Shown: positions 39,051 through 48,807 of the stretch, in pieces
Layout of the letters: every line of letters begins with the position of its first letter
Position numbering within the stretch: the first letter of the stretch is position 1
Source: Syntrophales bacterium
GTDB taxonomy: Bacteria; Desulfobacterota; Syntrophia; Syntrophales; UBA2210
Reading direction: 5' to 3'
Assembly (NCBI GenBank): GCA_963662405.2
Contig: CAXXKT010000001.1
Location: 2,272,001-2,336,000 of the forward strand
DNA: 64,000 nt
Notes under the pieces: model-generated
Database searches by the model: none
Told to the model about the DNA's origin: nothing
What the model saw: only the letters and a program-made list of their open reading frames with translations
Made by a program: the position numbers and the translations under genes

Positions 39051-40586
39051 ATGACGAATCAGGAGAAACTGGACGCGCTGAGGAAAAGGGCGGAAAAGAT
39101 CGAGGCGGGTGGCGGTGAGAAGGCCACCCAAAAGCTGCATGCGACCGGGAGGCTGACGGCCCGGGAGCGCCTGGCCCTCCTCTTTGATGAGGGGAGCTTC
39201 GTGGAACTGTACAAGCATGTCGAGCACCGGTGCACGAATTTCGGTATGGATACGAAGGAGATACCTGGTGAGGGAGTAGTGACCGGGTACGGCGCCGTCG
39301 ACGGACGGACCGTTTTCGCCTATGCGCAGGACTTCGGCGTCATGGGCGGGTCGCTGGGCGAGATGCATGCCACCAAGATCGTCAAATGTCTCGACCAGGC
39401 CACGAGGACGGGATGCCCGGTTGTGGGCATGAATGACTCCGGCGGGGCTCGCATCCACGAGGCCGTCGATGCCCTCGCCGGCTATGGGCGGATATTTTAT
39501 AAGAACACCATGGCCTCCGGCATTATCCCCCAGATCTGCGCGATCATGGGTCCCTCGGCGGGCGGTGCTGTTTATTCCCCCGCCTTGATGGATTTTGTCT
39601 ACATGGTCGAGAAGGATTACGCCCAGATGTTTATCACCGGCCCGCTGGTGGTGAAGTCCGTCACGGGCGAGGAGGTTTCCGCCGTGGAGCTGGGAGGGGC
39701 GATTACGCATAACCAGAAGAGCGGCAATTCGCACTTTGTCGCCGCCACCGATGAGGACTGTATTGCCCAAATTAAGCAACTTCTCAGTTATCTGCCGTCG
39801 AATCATAAGGAGCGTCCCCCCGCTCTTCACTGCGAAGACCCGACCGACCGCCGGGATGATGCCCTCAATACGATTGTTCCCGAGAGCAGCAAGCGTCCCT
39901 ACGATATGAAGAAGCTGATTCGAATGGTGGTAGACCACGGCGAGATTTACGAAAGCCAGGCTCTTTTTGCCCGCAACATCATCACCTGCTTTGCTCGGAT
40001 GGCCGGGGCTCCTGTTGGTATCATCGCAAATCAGCCGATGTTCATGGCGGGCTGTCTGGACATCAATGCCTCCGACAAAGCGGCCCGTTTCATACGATTT
40101 TGTGATTGCTTTAACATCCCCCTTTTGACCTTCGTCGATGTCCCGGGGTACCTGCCGGGGATCAACCAGGAGTTCGGGGGGATCATCCGTCACGGGGCCA
40201 AGTTGCTCTACGCATACCCCGAAGCGACCGTGCCGAAAATTACCATTGTTGTTCGTAAGGCCTATGGTGGGGCCTATCTCGGGATGTGTTCCGGCGAGGC
40301 CGGGACCGACATGGTCCTCGCCTGGCCGTCGGCCGAGATTGCGGTCATGGGAGCAGACGGCGCGGCGGATATCATCTTCCGGGGTGAGTCGGAGGAGGTG
40401 CGGCAGCAGAAGAAGGCCCGGTACGTCGAGGAATTTGCCACGCCGTACCAGGCGGCCTCTCATGCCATGGTCGAGCAGGTGATCGAACCGAGAGAAACGC
40501 GACCGATGATTATCAGTGCCCTGAAGATGCTGGAGAACAAGGAGGAGGAGCGTCCCTGGAAGAAACACGGGAATATTCCCCTGTAA
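39051..40586 (+). CDS. Methylmalonyl-CoA/propionyl-CoA carboxyltransferase (MmdA/PccB/12S-like)
   Basis: GGSLGEMH, DSGGARI, AGGAVYSPA, DVPGYLPG, KKHGNIPL. Confidence 0.9.
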   Translation: MTNQEKLDALRKRAEKIEAGGGEKATQKLHATGRLTARERLALLFDEGSFVELYKHVEHRCTNFGMDTKEIPGEGVVTGYGAVDGRTVFAYAQDFGVMGGSLGEMHATKIVKCLDQATRTGCPVVGMNDSGGARIHEAVDALAGYGRIFYKNTMASGIIPQICAIMGPSAGGAVYSPALMDFVYMVEKDYAQMFITGPLVVKSVTGEEVSAVELGGAITHNQKSGNSHFVAATDEDCIAQIKQLLSYLPSNHKERPPALHCEDPTDRRDDALNTIVPESSKRPYDMKKLIRMVVDHGEIYESQALFARNIITCFARMAGAPVGIIANQPMFMAGCLDINASDKAARFIRFCDCFNIPLLTFVDVPGYLPGINQEFGGIIRHGAKLLYAYPEATVPKITIVVRKAYGGAYLGMCSGEAGTDMVLAWPSAEIAVMGADGAADIIFRGESEEVRQQKKARYVEEFATPYQAASHAMVEQVIEPRETRPMIISALKMLENKEEERPWKKHGNIPL

Positions 40587-40672
40587 GAGAGGACCGTTAT
40601 CTCTTGACAGGAGAGGAAATTGTGTACGAGGGATAGAATAGTACGAAACGTCGAGAAGGGGAGAATGTGATC

Positions 40673-42805
40673 ATGCCAGAACATCGTGATAAAAAGAAAT
40701 GGGAAGAACTTGCGGAGAAGAGCCTGAAGGGGACGTCAGTTGACACCCTCACCTGGATGACGCCGGAGGGGATATCGGTCAAGCCTCTCTATACGGCCGA
40801 AGACCTTGAAACGCTGGAGTGCGTCAACACCCTTCCGGGTCTTCCCCCTTATATCAGAGGACCGCAGGCCACGATGTATGCGCAGCGGCCCTGGACGATC
40901 CGGCAGTATGCCGGCTTCTCCACGGCGCGAGAGTCGAACGAATTCTATCGGCGAAATCTCGCCGCCGGTCAGAAGGGACTGTCGGTGGCGTTCGATCTGG
41001 CGACTCACCGGGGGTATGACTCCGATCATCCCCGGGTGATCGGTGACATCGGAAAGGCCGGTGTCGCAATCGATTCGGTGGAGGATATCAAGGTTCTCTT
41101 CGACCAGATTCCCCTGGACAAGATGTCCGTCTCCATGACGATGAATGGTGCCGTTCTCCCGTGTCTCGCCGGGTATATCGTTGCGGCCGAAGAACAAGGG
41201 GTCACGCAGGACCAGCTTTCAGGGACCATCCAGAACGACATCCTGAAGGAATATCTTACGAGAAACACATACATCTACCCCCCGGCCCCCTCCATGCGGA
41301 TCGTATCGGACATCATCGGGTACTGCTCGAAGCACATGCCCCGGTACAACACTGTCAGCATCAGTGGGTATCACATGATGGAAGCCGGGGCGAACTCCGT
41401 TCTGCAGACCGCCTTTACCCTGGCCGACGGCGTTCAGTATGTGCGAGCGGCCCTTGACGCGGGGCTCGATATCGATGCCTTCGCACCGCGGCTCTCTTTT
41501 TTCTTCGGGATCGGGATGAACTTCTTCATGGAGATCGCCATGCTCAGGGCGGCTCGTTTCCTCTGGCATGAGCTGATCAGCCGGTTTAATCCGAAAAACC
41601 CCAAATCCGTGATGCTCAGGACCCACTGCCAGACATCCGGTTGGAGCCTGACGGAACAGGACCCCTATAACAACATTGTTCGGACCACCATCGAGTGCCT
41701 GGCCGCCGCCTTGGGAGGGACGCAGTCCCTCCATACCAACTCCTTTGATGAGGCCGTGGCTACCCCCTCCGACTTTTCCGCCCGGATCGCGCGGAACACC
41801 CAGATCATCGTCCAGGAGGAATCCGAGATATGCCACGTGATCGACCCACTCGGCGGGTCGTATTACGTTGAGGCCTTGACGAACGGAATTATCCAGGAGG
41901 CCCGGAAGATTATCGAAGAGGTGGAAGAACTGGGCGGGATGGCCAAGGCGATCGAGACCGGAATGCCGAAGATGCGGATTGAAGAATCAGCGGCCCGGAA
42001 GCAGGCGCGGATCGACCAGGGGTTGGATGTCATCGTCGGTGTGAACAAGTACCAGATCGAGGAAGAACCCCTCGACAATATCCGCGAGGTGTCGGAGGCG
42101 GTTCGCGATGAGCAAATTGCCCGGCTGCATGAGCTGAAGAAACAGCGGAATCCCGATGCCGTACGGAAGGCCTTGGAGGCACTGACCCATTGCGCCGAAA
42201 GCAACGATGGGAATCTGCTGGAGGTGGCGATTGCCGCCTCCCGCGCGCGAGCAACGGTCGGGGAGATCTCGGGAGCCCTGGAGAAGGTCTTTGGACGGTA
42301 TATCGCCACGACCCAGTGCATATCGGGGGCCTATGCAGCCGAGTATGCCGATAACGAAACATTTTCCTCCGTCAAGAAGCGGGCGGGCGACTTTATGGCA
42401 ACCGAGGGGAGAAGGCCGCGGATGCTGGTCGTCAAGATGGGCCAGGACGGGCACGACCGCGGAAGCAAGGTGATCGCCACGGCCTATGCCGACCTCGGAT
42501 TTGATGTGGATATCGGTCCCATGTTCCAGACCCCCGCCGAGGCGGCCAAGATGGCGGTTGAAAACGATGTGCATGTCATCGGTGTCTCAAGCCTGGCCGC
42601 CGGGCACAAGGCATTGATCCCCCAGCTGATCGAGTACCTCAAGAAAGAGGGGGGGGAGGACATCACGGTTATTGCCGGTGGGGTTATCCCCCGGATTGAT
42701 TACGATGCTCTCTATGATGCCGGCGTGGCGGCGATATTCGGTCCGGGTACGCCTATACTGGAATCCGCCAACGCGGTTCTCAATATCCTGGAGAAGAAGA
42801 CATGA
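40673..42805 (+). CDS. scpA: Methylmalonyl-CoA mutase, fused catalytic and B12-binding domains
   Basis: [24 protein letters not shown]12 motif DGHDRG. Confidence 0.95.
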   Translation: MPEHRDKKKWEELAEKSLKGTSVDTLTWMTPEGISVKPLYTAEDLETLECVNTLPGLPPYIRGPQATMYAQRPWTIRQYAGFSTARESNEFYRRNLAAGQKGLSVAFDLATHRGYDSDHPRVIGDIGKAGVAIDSVEDIKVLFDQIPLDKMSVSMTMNGAVLPCLAGYIVAAEEQGVTQDQLSGTIQNDILKEYLTRNTYIYPPAPSMRIVSDIIGYCSKHMPRYNTVSISGYHMMEAGANSVLQTAFTLADGVQYVRAALDAGLDIDAFAPRLSFFFGIGMNFFMEIAMLRAARFLWHELISRFNPKNPKSVMLRTHCQTSGWSLTEQDPYNNIVRTTIECLAAALGGTQSLHTNSFDEAVATPSDFSARIARNTQIIVQEESEICHVIDPLGGSYYVEALTNGIIQEARKIIEEVEELGGMAKAIETGMPKMRIEESAARKQARIDQGLDVIVGVNKYQIEEEPLDNIREVSEAVRDEQIARLHELKKQRNPDAVRKALEALTHCAESNDGNLLEVAIAASRARATVGEISGALEKVFGRYIATTQCISGAYAAEYADNETFSSVKKRAGDFMATEGRRPRMLVVKMGQDGHDRGSKVIATAYADLGFDVDIGPMFQTPAEAAKMAVENDVHVIGVSSLAAGHKALIPQLIEYLKKEGGEDITVIAGGVIPRIDYDALYDAGVAAIFGPGTPILESANAVLNILEKKT

Positions 42806-43785
42806 AAACGGCCGATACCCAGCCGTATATCGAGGGGGTACTCAGACACGACCGGCGTATGATCTCCAAGACCATTACCCTGATCGAGAGTGCGCTCCCC
42901 GAACACAAGAAGATGGCACGGCTGGTTATCGATCGACTCCTCCCCCACACGGGGAAGGCGATACGCCTCGGGATAACCGGGGTGCCGGGGGCGGGGAAGA
43001 GCACCTTTATTGAGTCCCTCGGGATGATGCTGGTGAAGAAGGGGCTCACCGTGGCCGTTCTCGCCGTCGATCCGAGCAGTGTGAGGAGCGGTGGGAGTGT
43101 CCTGGCGGACAAAACGAGAATGGAGCGGCTCTCCACCCAGGAAAACGCCTTTATCCGCCCCTCCCCCTCGGGGGGAACCCTCGGGGGCGTTGCGAGCAAG
43201 ACCAGAGAGACGATGCTCGTCTGTGAGGCCGCCGGATTCGATGTGATGATCATTGAGACGCTGGGCTCCGGACAGTCGGAGGTTGCCGTGGCCTCCATGG
43301 TCGATTTCTTTCTGATGCTGATGATCTCCGGGGCGGGGGACGAACTCCAGGGGATCAAGAAGGGTATCCTGGAGTTGACCGACGCGATCGCCATCAATAA
43401 GGCGGACGGCGACAACATACAGCGGGCGGCCTTTGCGCGCAGACAGTTCGAGACGGCACTCCATTTTTCGGCCCCCTCGTCCCCCAACTGGACCCCCCCC
43501 GTCTTGACCTGCAGTTCCCTGGAATCGACGGGGGTGGAGGCGATCTGGGAGGTTGTCCTCAAGCACCGAGAGAAGCTGATGGAGACCGGGGAGTTGGAGC
43601 TGAAACGTGAACAGCAGGCCTTAGACTGGATGTGGTTCCTGGTACGGGAGGGGCTCGCTGAGTGGTTTTATAGAAACCCCTACGTCAGGACGATGATCCC
43701 GAAGGTTGAGAGAGAGGTGGAAGTGGGGACGACCGCGCCGACCACTGCCGCGGATAAGCTGCTCTTCTTTCTGGAGGACAAGTGA
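42802..43785 (+). CDS. meaB: Mutase-associated GTPase
   Basis: [37 protein letters not shown]. Confidence 0.95.
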   Translation: MKTADTQPYIEGVLRHDRRMISKTITLIESALPEHKKMARLVIDRLLPHTGKAIRLGITGVPGAGKSTFIESLGMMLVKKGLTVAVLAVDPSSVRSGGSVLADKTRMERLSTQENAFIRPSPSGGTLGGVASKTRETMLVCEAAGFDVMIIETLGSGQSEVAVASMVDFFLMLMISGAGDELQGIKKGILELTDAIAINKADGDNIQRAAFARRQFETALHFSAPSSPNWTPPVLTCSSLESTGVEAIWEVVLKHREKLMETGELELKREQQALDWMWFLVREGLAEWFYRNPYVRTMIPKVEREVEVGTTAPTTAADKLLFFLEDK

Positions 43786-43831
43786 GTTTGTCCCTCCGAC
43801 TCGCACCGTAGGCGGAGAAAGGAACGATACG

Positions 43832-45601
43832 ATGATACCCTTCATAAAAATGGACGATTTCGGCAAGCCGTTGAAAGAGTCGCAACTCAAGAGGATGGAA
43901 CAAAACGTAGCCTTAGCGCAGGAAGTCATGCGCGGGATCGATGAGGAGGTCGAGAGGATCAAGGAAGTGGGAGTCCCGATCGAGAAGATCCACAAGTGCG
44001 GTGAGATGACCGTCTGGGAGCGGATCGAGTACTTGGCCGACCCCGGGACGTTCTGTCCCCTCCATACCATCTTCGATCCCGGCCATGAGGAGTCCGGGAG
44101 TACGGGTGTGGTCGACGGCCTTGCCCGGATCAACGGGCGGTGGTGCATGCTGATCGGGTTCAATAATAAGTGGATGGCCGGTGCCTGGATAGCCGGGCAG
44201 CCCGAGAACAACCTGCGGGCCACCGATATCGCAAAGATTATGAACCTGCCCCTCGTCTGGTTGGTGAACTGTTCCGGTGTCAAGCTGCCGGAGCAGGAGA
44301 AGATGTATGCCAACCGTCGCGGCCAGGGGACCTGCTTCTACCGTCACGCGGAGCTGGAAAAACTGGGTATCCCCGTCCTGGCGGGTATCTATGGGACCAA
44401 TCCGGCCGGAGGCGGGTATCAGGGAATCAGTCCTACCATCCTCTTGGCGCACAAGAACTGTAACATAGCGGTCGGCGGCGGCGGCATCGTCGGAGGGATG
44501 AGCCCTAAGGGATATTTCGACGAAGAGAGTGCTGAAGAGCTGATCTCGGCGACCCGCCATTTCAAGTCCGTTCCGCCGGGGAGTGTGAAGATCCACTATG
44601 ACGAAACGGGTTTCTTCCGGGCGGTTTTCGACGAGGAGACGCAGGTCCTGGATGCCCTCAAGGAATACATGGGCGGTCTTCCGGCGTACGATCCCCGCTT
44701 CTTCCGTCTTGCTCAGCCGGCCGAGCCCAAATATTCCCCGTCTGAATTACCGTACCTGGTGAGCATGAACCCGAAGGCGGGGTACGATTTCGACAACGTC
44801 CTTGCCCGCTTGGTCGACAACAGCCAGCACCTCGAATTCAGGCCGGGATATGGTCCGGAAGTCTACACGGGGCTTGTCATGATCGACGGGTTCCTGATGG
44901 GCGCCATCGGCAATCGCCAGGGTCTCCTTCCCAACTACCCCGAATACACGAATGAGTATATTGGTGTGGGGGGCAAGCTCTATCGCCAGGGTCTGATCAA
45001 GATGAATGAGTTTGTAACGCAATGCGGTCGTGACCGAATCCCGATTATCTGGTTCCAGGACACCTCCGGGATTGATGTGGGTGACACTGCGGAAAAGGCG
45101 GAGTTGCTCGGCCTGGGTCAGTCGCTGATCTATTCGGTGGAGCAGACCAATGTCCCCATGATGCTGGTGGTTTTGAGAAAGGGGACGGCGGCGGCCCACT
45201 ATGTCATGGGAGGCCCCACCGCCAACAACAACACGGCCTTTACCCTCGGCACTCCCAGTACCGAGATCAATGTGATGCACGGCGAGACGGCCGCCGCCGC
45301 GAGTTACTCGCGCAGGCTCGTCAAGGAGAAGGATGCGGGCCATTCGCTCGAGCCGGTGATTGAAAAGATGAATGAGATGGTCAAGCATTACCAGGAGACA
45401 TCACGGCCGGTGTACTGTGCGAAGGAAGGTATGGTGGATGAGATCGTGCGTTTCGAGGACATCCGCCGGTATCTGGTGGCATTTTCCAACGGTGTCTATC
45501 AGAACCCGCGATCGATATGCCCCCGCCACCACATGATGCTCCCGAGGCTAATTAAGTCTCAGATCGTTCGGGGACTTGACAGACCGGGGAAAGAAGAATA
45601 A
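43832..45601 (+). CDS. gcdA: Glutaconyl-CoA decarboxylase alpha (carboxyltransferase) subunit
   Basis: NCSGVKLPEQ..YANRRG, GTNPAGGGY, GGKLYRQGL, RKGTAAAHYV, MHGETA. Confidence 0.9.
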   Translation: MIPFIKMDDFGKPLKESQLKRMEQNVALAQEVMRGIDEEVERIKEVGVPIEKIHKCGEMTVWERIEYLADPGTFCPLHTIFDPGHEESGSTGVVDGLARINGRWCMLIGFNNKWMAGAWIAGQPENNLRATDIAKIMNLPLVWLVNCSGVKLPEQEKMYANRRGQGTCFYRHAELEKLGIPVLAGIYGTNPAGGGYQGISPTILLAHKNCNIAVGGGGIVGGMSPKGYFDEESAEELISATRHFKSVPPGSVKIHYDETGFFRAVFDEETQVLDALKEYMGGLPAYDPRFFRLAQPAEPKYSPSELPYLVSMNPKAGYDFDNVLARLVDNSQHLEFRPGYGPEVYTGLVMIDGFLMGAIGNRQGLLPNYPEYTNEYIGVGGKLYRQGLIKMNEFVTQCGRDRIPIIWFQDTSGIDVGDTAEKAELLGLGQSLIYSVEQTNVPMMLVVLRKGTAAAHYVMGGPTANNNTAFTLGTPSTEINVMHGETAAAASYSRRLVKEKDAGHSLEPVIEKMNEMVKHYQETSRPVYCAKEGMVDEIVRFEDIRRYLVAFSNGVYQNPRSICPRHHMMLPRLIKSQIVRGLDRPGKEE

Positions 45602-45609
45602 AAGCGTAG

Positions 45610-45638
45610 TTCAAACGCTTGGATATAGGGTATATAAT
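45610..45638 (+). promoter_or_regulatory. sigma70-like internal promoter
   Basis: TTCAAA-N17-TATAAT just upstream of the biotin carrier gene. Confidence 0.5.
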
Positions 45639-45655
45639 CAAAGTAATGAGGAGGA

Positions 45656-45877
45656 ATGGAAATGAGCGTAGAAGTAACGGCCCCGATGCCGGGAAACATT
45701 GTTGAGATCGTGGTGAGTGTCGGCGATGCCGTCAGCGAGGGCGATGAGGTGATCATCCTCGAGGCGATGAAGATGGAGAACCCCATCTTTGCTCCGGCGG
45801 ACGGGACGGTCAAAGAGATCAAGGTCAAGGAAAAAGATGCCGTTGAGGCCGACCAGGTGTTGATGGTCTTGGAATAG
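45656..45877 (+). CDS. gcdC: Minimal biotin carboxyl carrier protein
   Basis: APMPG..EAMKMEN..APADG; SD GAGGAGG; start 45656 or 45662. Confidence 0.92.
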   Translation: MEMSVEVTAPMPGNIVEIVVSVGDAVSEGDEVIILEAMKMENPIFAPADGTVKEIKVKEKDAVEADQVLMVLE

Positions 45878-45987
45878 ACTGAGCCGGAGGGATAAGGGGG
45901 GTGTTTGTCTCTCTTATCCCTCCTTCTGTCTGAACCCGGCAAACCGCCGGGGTACCGTTTATAGGGACGAGAGGAGTTTGAGCGGAC

Positions 45988-46122
45988 ATGATTGACTGGG
46001 CATTGGCGATTAAAACGGCCTGCGGCGGATTTGGCCTCGTATTCGGGATACTGGTGCTGCTGGGAATATCGGTGGAACTGACGCGGGTGATCACCGAGAA
46101 GATTGCCGGCGACAAGAAATAG
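45988..46122 (+). CDS. OadG/GcdD-type small membrane subunit, 44 aa, not in the ORF track
   Basis: MIDWALAIKTACGGFGLVFGILVLLGISVELTRVITEKIAGDKK; one TM segment, GAGGAG SD, lies between the carrier and beta subunit genes. Confidence 0.8.
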   Translation: MIDWALAIKTACGGFGLVFGILVLLGISVELTRVITEKIAGDKK

Positions 46123-46155
46123 ATGCAATGATATTTATATAGAGGAGGAACGGAA

Positions 46156-47502
46156 GTGCTATTTGGATTACTTGAAACCGGTTTCCCGTTGTTCTACTGG
46201 GGGAACGCCCTGATGATCGTAATCGGTCTGGGATTTATATATCTGGCGATTGCCAAGAAGATGGAACCGCTACTGCTGGTCCCGATCGGGTTCGGGATGA
46301 TACTGGTCAATCTTCCCCTCGGGGGAATGATGGACTACGAAATGATGCTGAAGGCACCACAGGCCGGTACGGTGATGGAGGTATCGATGCAGAAGGGGGA
46401 TGCCTTCGAGAAGGGCGGCCTTATCTATAAACTCGACTCGGGAGAGATAACGGCTCCCGTCTTTGGGAGGATCGACAGCCTGAAGGTGTCCAAGGGTCAG
46501 CGGATCGAGGAGGGGCAGGTAGTCGCTTCTCTCATAACGATGGAGCAGACCAACCAAGCGGAATATCGCACGCGCCCCGTGGGGCTCCTCTCTCGGATCT
46601 TCCAGTACGGTGTCATGTGGCAGATTCTTCCCCCCTTGATGTTCCTGTGTCTCGGTGCGTTGACCGATTTTGGCCCCATGCTCGCCAATCCCAAGACCCT
46701 ACTGCTCGGCGCTGCGGCCCAGTTCGGCGTTTACCTGGCATTCTTCCTGGCCCTGATTTTCGGATTCAGCATGACGGAGGCGGCATCCATCGGGATCATA
46801 GGGGGGGCCGAAGGGCCCACCACCATCTATGTCACCTCTCTCCTTGCACCGCACATCATAGGTGCCACCGCTGTCGCCTGTTATTCGTACATGGCGCTGG
46901 TCCCCATTATCCTTCCGCCCGTGATACGGCTTCTGACCACCAAGAAGGAGCGTCAGATCTACATGAAGCCGGCCCTCCGGAAGGTGTCGAAGCTTGAGAA
47001 GATCCTCTTCCCCCTGGTGACGACCGTTATCGTCATACTGATTGTTCCCTCCTCCGCGCCCCTGATGGGCTGCTTCATGGTGGGGAACCTGTTTAAGGAA
47101 TGCGGTGTTACGGATCGGCTCAACAAGACCGCCCAGACAACCTTTGTCGACATTATCACCATTTTCCTGACCCTGGCCATCGGGGCGTCGATGCCGGCGC
47201 AGAACTTCCTGCAGCCCCGGACGCTCCTGATCCTTGTCCTGGGAGTCGTCTCATTTGCCAGCGCGGCGGGGGCGGGGGTGATCCTTGCGAAGGTCATGAA
47301 CCTGTTCTTGAAGGAGAAGATCAACCCGATGATCGGCGCCGCCGGTGTCTCCGCCGTTCCCATGTCGGCGCGGGTCGTTCAGGTCATGGGCCAGAAGGAA
47401 AACAAGAAGAACTATCTTTTGATGCACGCCATGGGCCCGAATGTTGCCGGGGCGATCGGCGCGGCGATCGCGGGTGGTGTGTTCCTGGGTATCCTGAGGT
47501 AG
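46156..47502 (+). CDS. gcdB: Na+-translocating decarboxylase beta subunit with internal biotinyl-like insert
   Basis: EPLLLVPIGFG, TDFGP, LGAAAQFG, IGIIGGAEGPT, GVSAVPMSAR, MHAMGPNVAG. Confidence 0.92.
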   Translation: MLFGLLETGFPLFYWGNALMIVIGLGFIYLAIAKKMEPLLLVPIGFGMILVNLPLGGMMDYEMMLKAPQAGTVMEVSMQKGDAFEKGGLIYKLDSGEITAPVFGRIDSLKVSKGQRIEEGQVVASLITMEQTNQAEYRTRPVGLLSRIFQYGVMWQILPPLMFLCLGALTDFGPMLANPKTLLLGAAAQFGVYLAFFLALIFGFSMTEAASIGIIGGAEGPTTIYVTSLLAPHIIGATAVACYSYMALVPIILPPVIRLLTTKKERQIYMKPALRKVSKLEKILFPLVTTVIVILIVPSSAPLMGCFMVGNLFKECGVTDRLNKTAQTTFVDIITIFLTLAIGASMPAQNFLQPRTLLILVLGVVSFASAAGAGVILAKVMNLFLKEKINPMIGAAGVSAVPMSARVVQVMGQKENKKNYLLMHAMGPNVAGAIGAAIAGGVFLGILR

Positions 47503-47544
47503 AGAAGACATGGGCCGCGTGAAAGCGGCACTCAGCATAAGCCT

Positions 47545-47982
47545 ATGAAGAAGCCTGTCGGCAGAATAAGTGGGGAGAGACTGCTTTATGTGGTCCTCCC
47601 CCTTTTTTTCTATCTGCTTCTGATCTTTGTCCTTTCATCGATTTCCCGTTATCCGAAAGAGATTTCCTGGGTCTTCAGTCTTGACAAATTCATCCACTCA
47701 ATCGAATATTTCCTGTTGGGATACTTGTGGATGCGGGTCCTGGTTACCTCACCGTATCGTTTCTTCTCGGGGAGTCCCGTTGTCTTAACATGTATCTTCG
47801 GGACGTTATATGCTATGAGTGATGAGTGGCACCAATCTTTTGTACCCGGACGATACGCATCAGGATTCGATCTCCTGTTTGATATTTCCGGAGTATTCCT
47901 GGCCGCTGTTACCTACCGGTTAATCCGATACAGGGTCGGGTGGATTCGAACCATAGAAGACAGAATCAAGGGGGGAAGATAA
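47545..47982 (+). CDS. VanZ-family membrane protein
   Basis: DKFIHSIEY, SDEWHQSFVPGR. Confidence 0.85.
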   Translation: MKKPVGRISGERLLYVVLPLFFYLLLIFVLSSISRYPKEISWVFSLDKFIHSIEYFLLGYLWMRVLVTSPYRFFSGSPVVLTCIFGTLYAMSDEWHQSFVPGRYASGFDLLFDISGVFLAAVTYRLIRYRVGWIRTIEDRIKGGR

Positions 47983-48665
47983 TGGAAAAACGATTGGTTA
48001 TTACGGTTGACGGTCCGGCGGGCTCCGGCAAGAGCACCGTCAGCAGGATGATTGCGGAAGAGATATCATATATGTATCTGGATACCGGTCTCCTCTACCG
48101 GGCGGTCGCGTGGCGTACGATGCAACTCGGCATATCTCTGAGCGATGATACGGCCGTGAGGAAGGCGTGTGAGGATGTCTCGGTTCCCCTCGATACGAAC
48201 GGATCGATGAAGGTCGAGGTGGAGGGACAAGATGTCTCGAAATATCTCAGGACCGAAGAGATCGGGATGATCGCCTCTTCGGTATCCGCGATCCCCACCG
48301 TGCGGGAGGCCCTCCTCCCCCTGCAGAGACGTGCCGGGCGGCACGGTGGGATTGTCGCCGAGGGCAGAGATATGGGGACAGTGGTATTCCCCGATGCCGA
48401 TGTAAAGTTTTTTCTTGACGCCAAGGTCGAGGAACGGGCACGGCGTCGTTACCTTCAGCTGACAGAGAACGGAGGAAATGCCGACTGGGACGAGGTGAAG
48501 CGGGGACTGTTGGTGAGGGATCATCAGGATAGGTCCCGAGAAATCGCCCCCCTGAGACCGGCACACAATTCGGTCGTTCTCGATACAACCGACATCGGCA
48601 TCGAAGAGGTTGTCGGAATGATGATAAAGAGTGTCACGGAACGTGCCCGTGCAGAAACATCCTGA
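47982..48665 (+). CDS. cmk: Cytidylate kinase
   Basis: DGPAGSGKST, LDTGLLYR, AEGRDMGTVVFP, RDHQD.SR. Confidence 0.95.
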   Translation: MEKRLVITVDGPAGSGKSTVSRMIAEEISYMYLDTGLLYRAVAWRTMQLGISLSDDTAVRKACEDVSVPLDTNGSMKVEVEGQDVSKYLRTEEIGMIASSVSAIPTVREALLPLQRRAGRHGGIVAEGRDMGTVVFPDADVKFFLDAKVEERARRRYLQLTENGGNADWDEVKRGLLVRDHQDRSREIAPLRPAHNSVVLDTTDIGIEEVVGMMIKSVTERARAETS

Positions 48666-48807
48666 GGTGTATGAGAACCCTGACCTGAGATACAATTATC
48701 CCCCTTGCCGTAAAAAGTGCTTGAAAAAGGCCGTTGATAATTGCTAAGAACCCCCTACTGATTACAATTGGGAATTCTTGCTGTCAGAGGGGGGGTAACA
48801 GTACCGA

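Noticed and set aside
39030..40568. 512-aa minus-strand ORF
   Set aside because: Antisense shadow of a well-supported carboxyltransferase in GC-rich coding DNA
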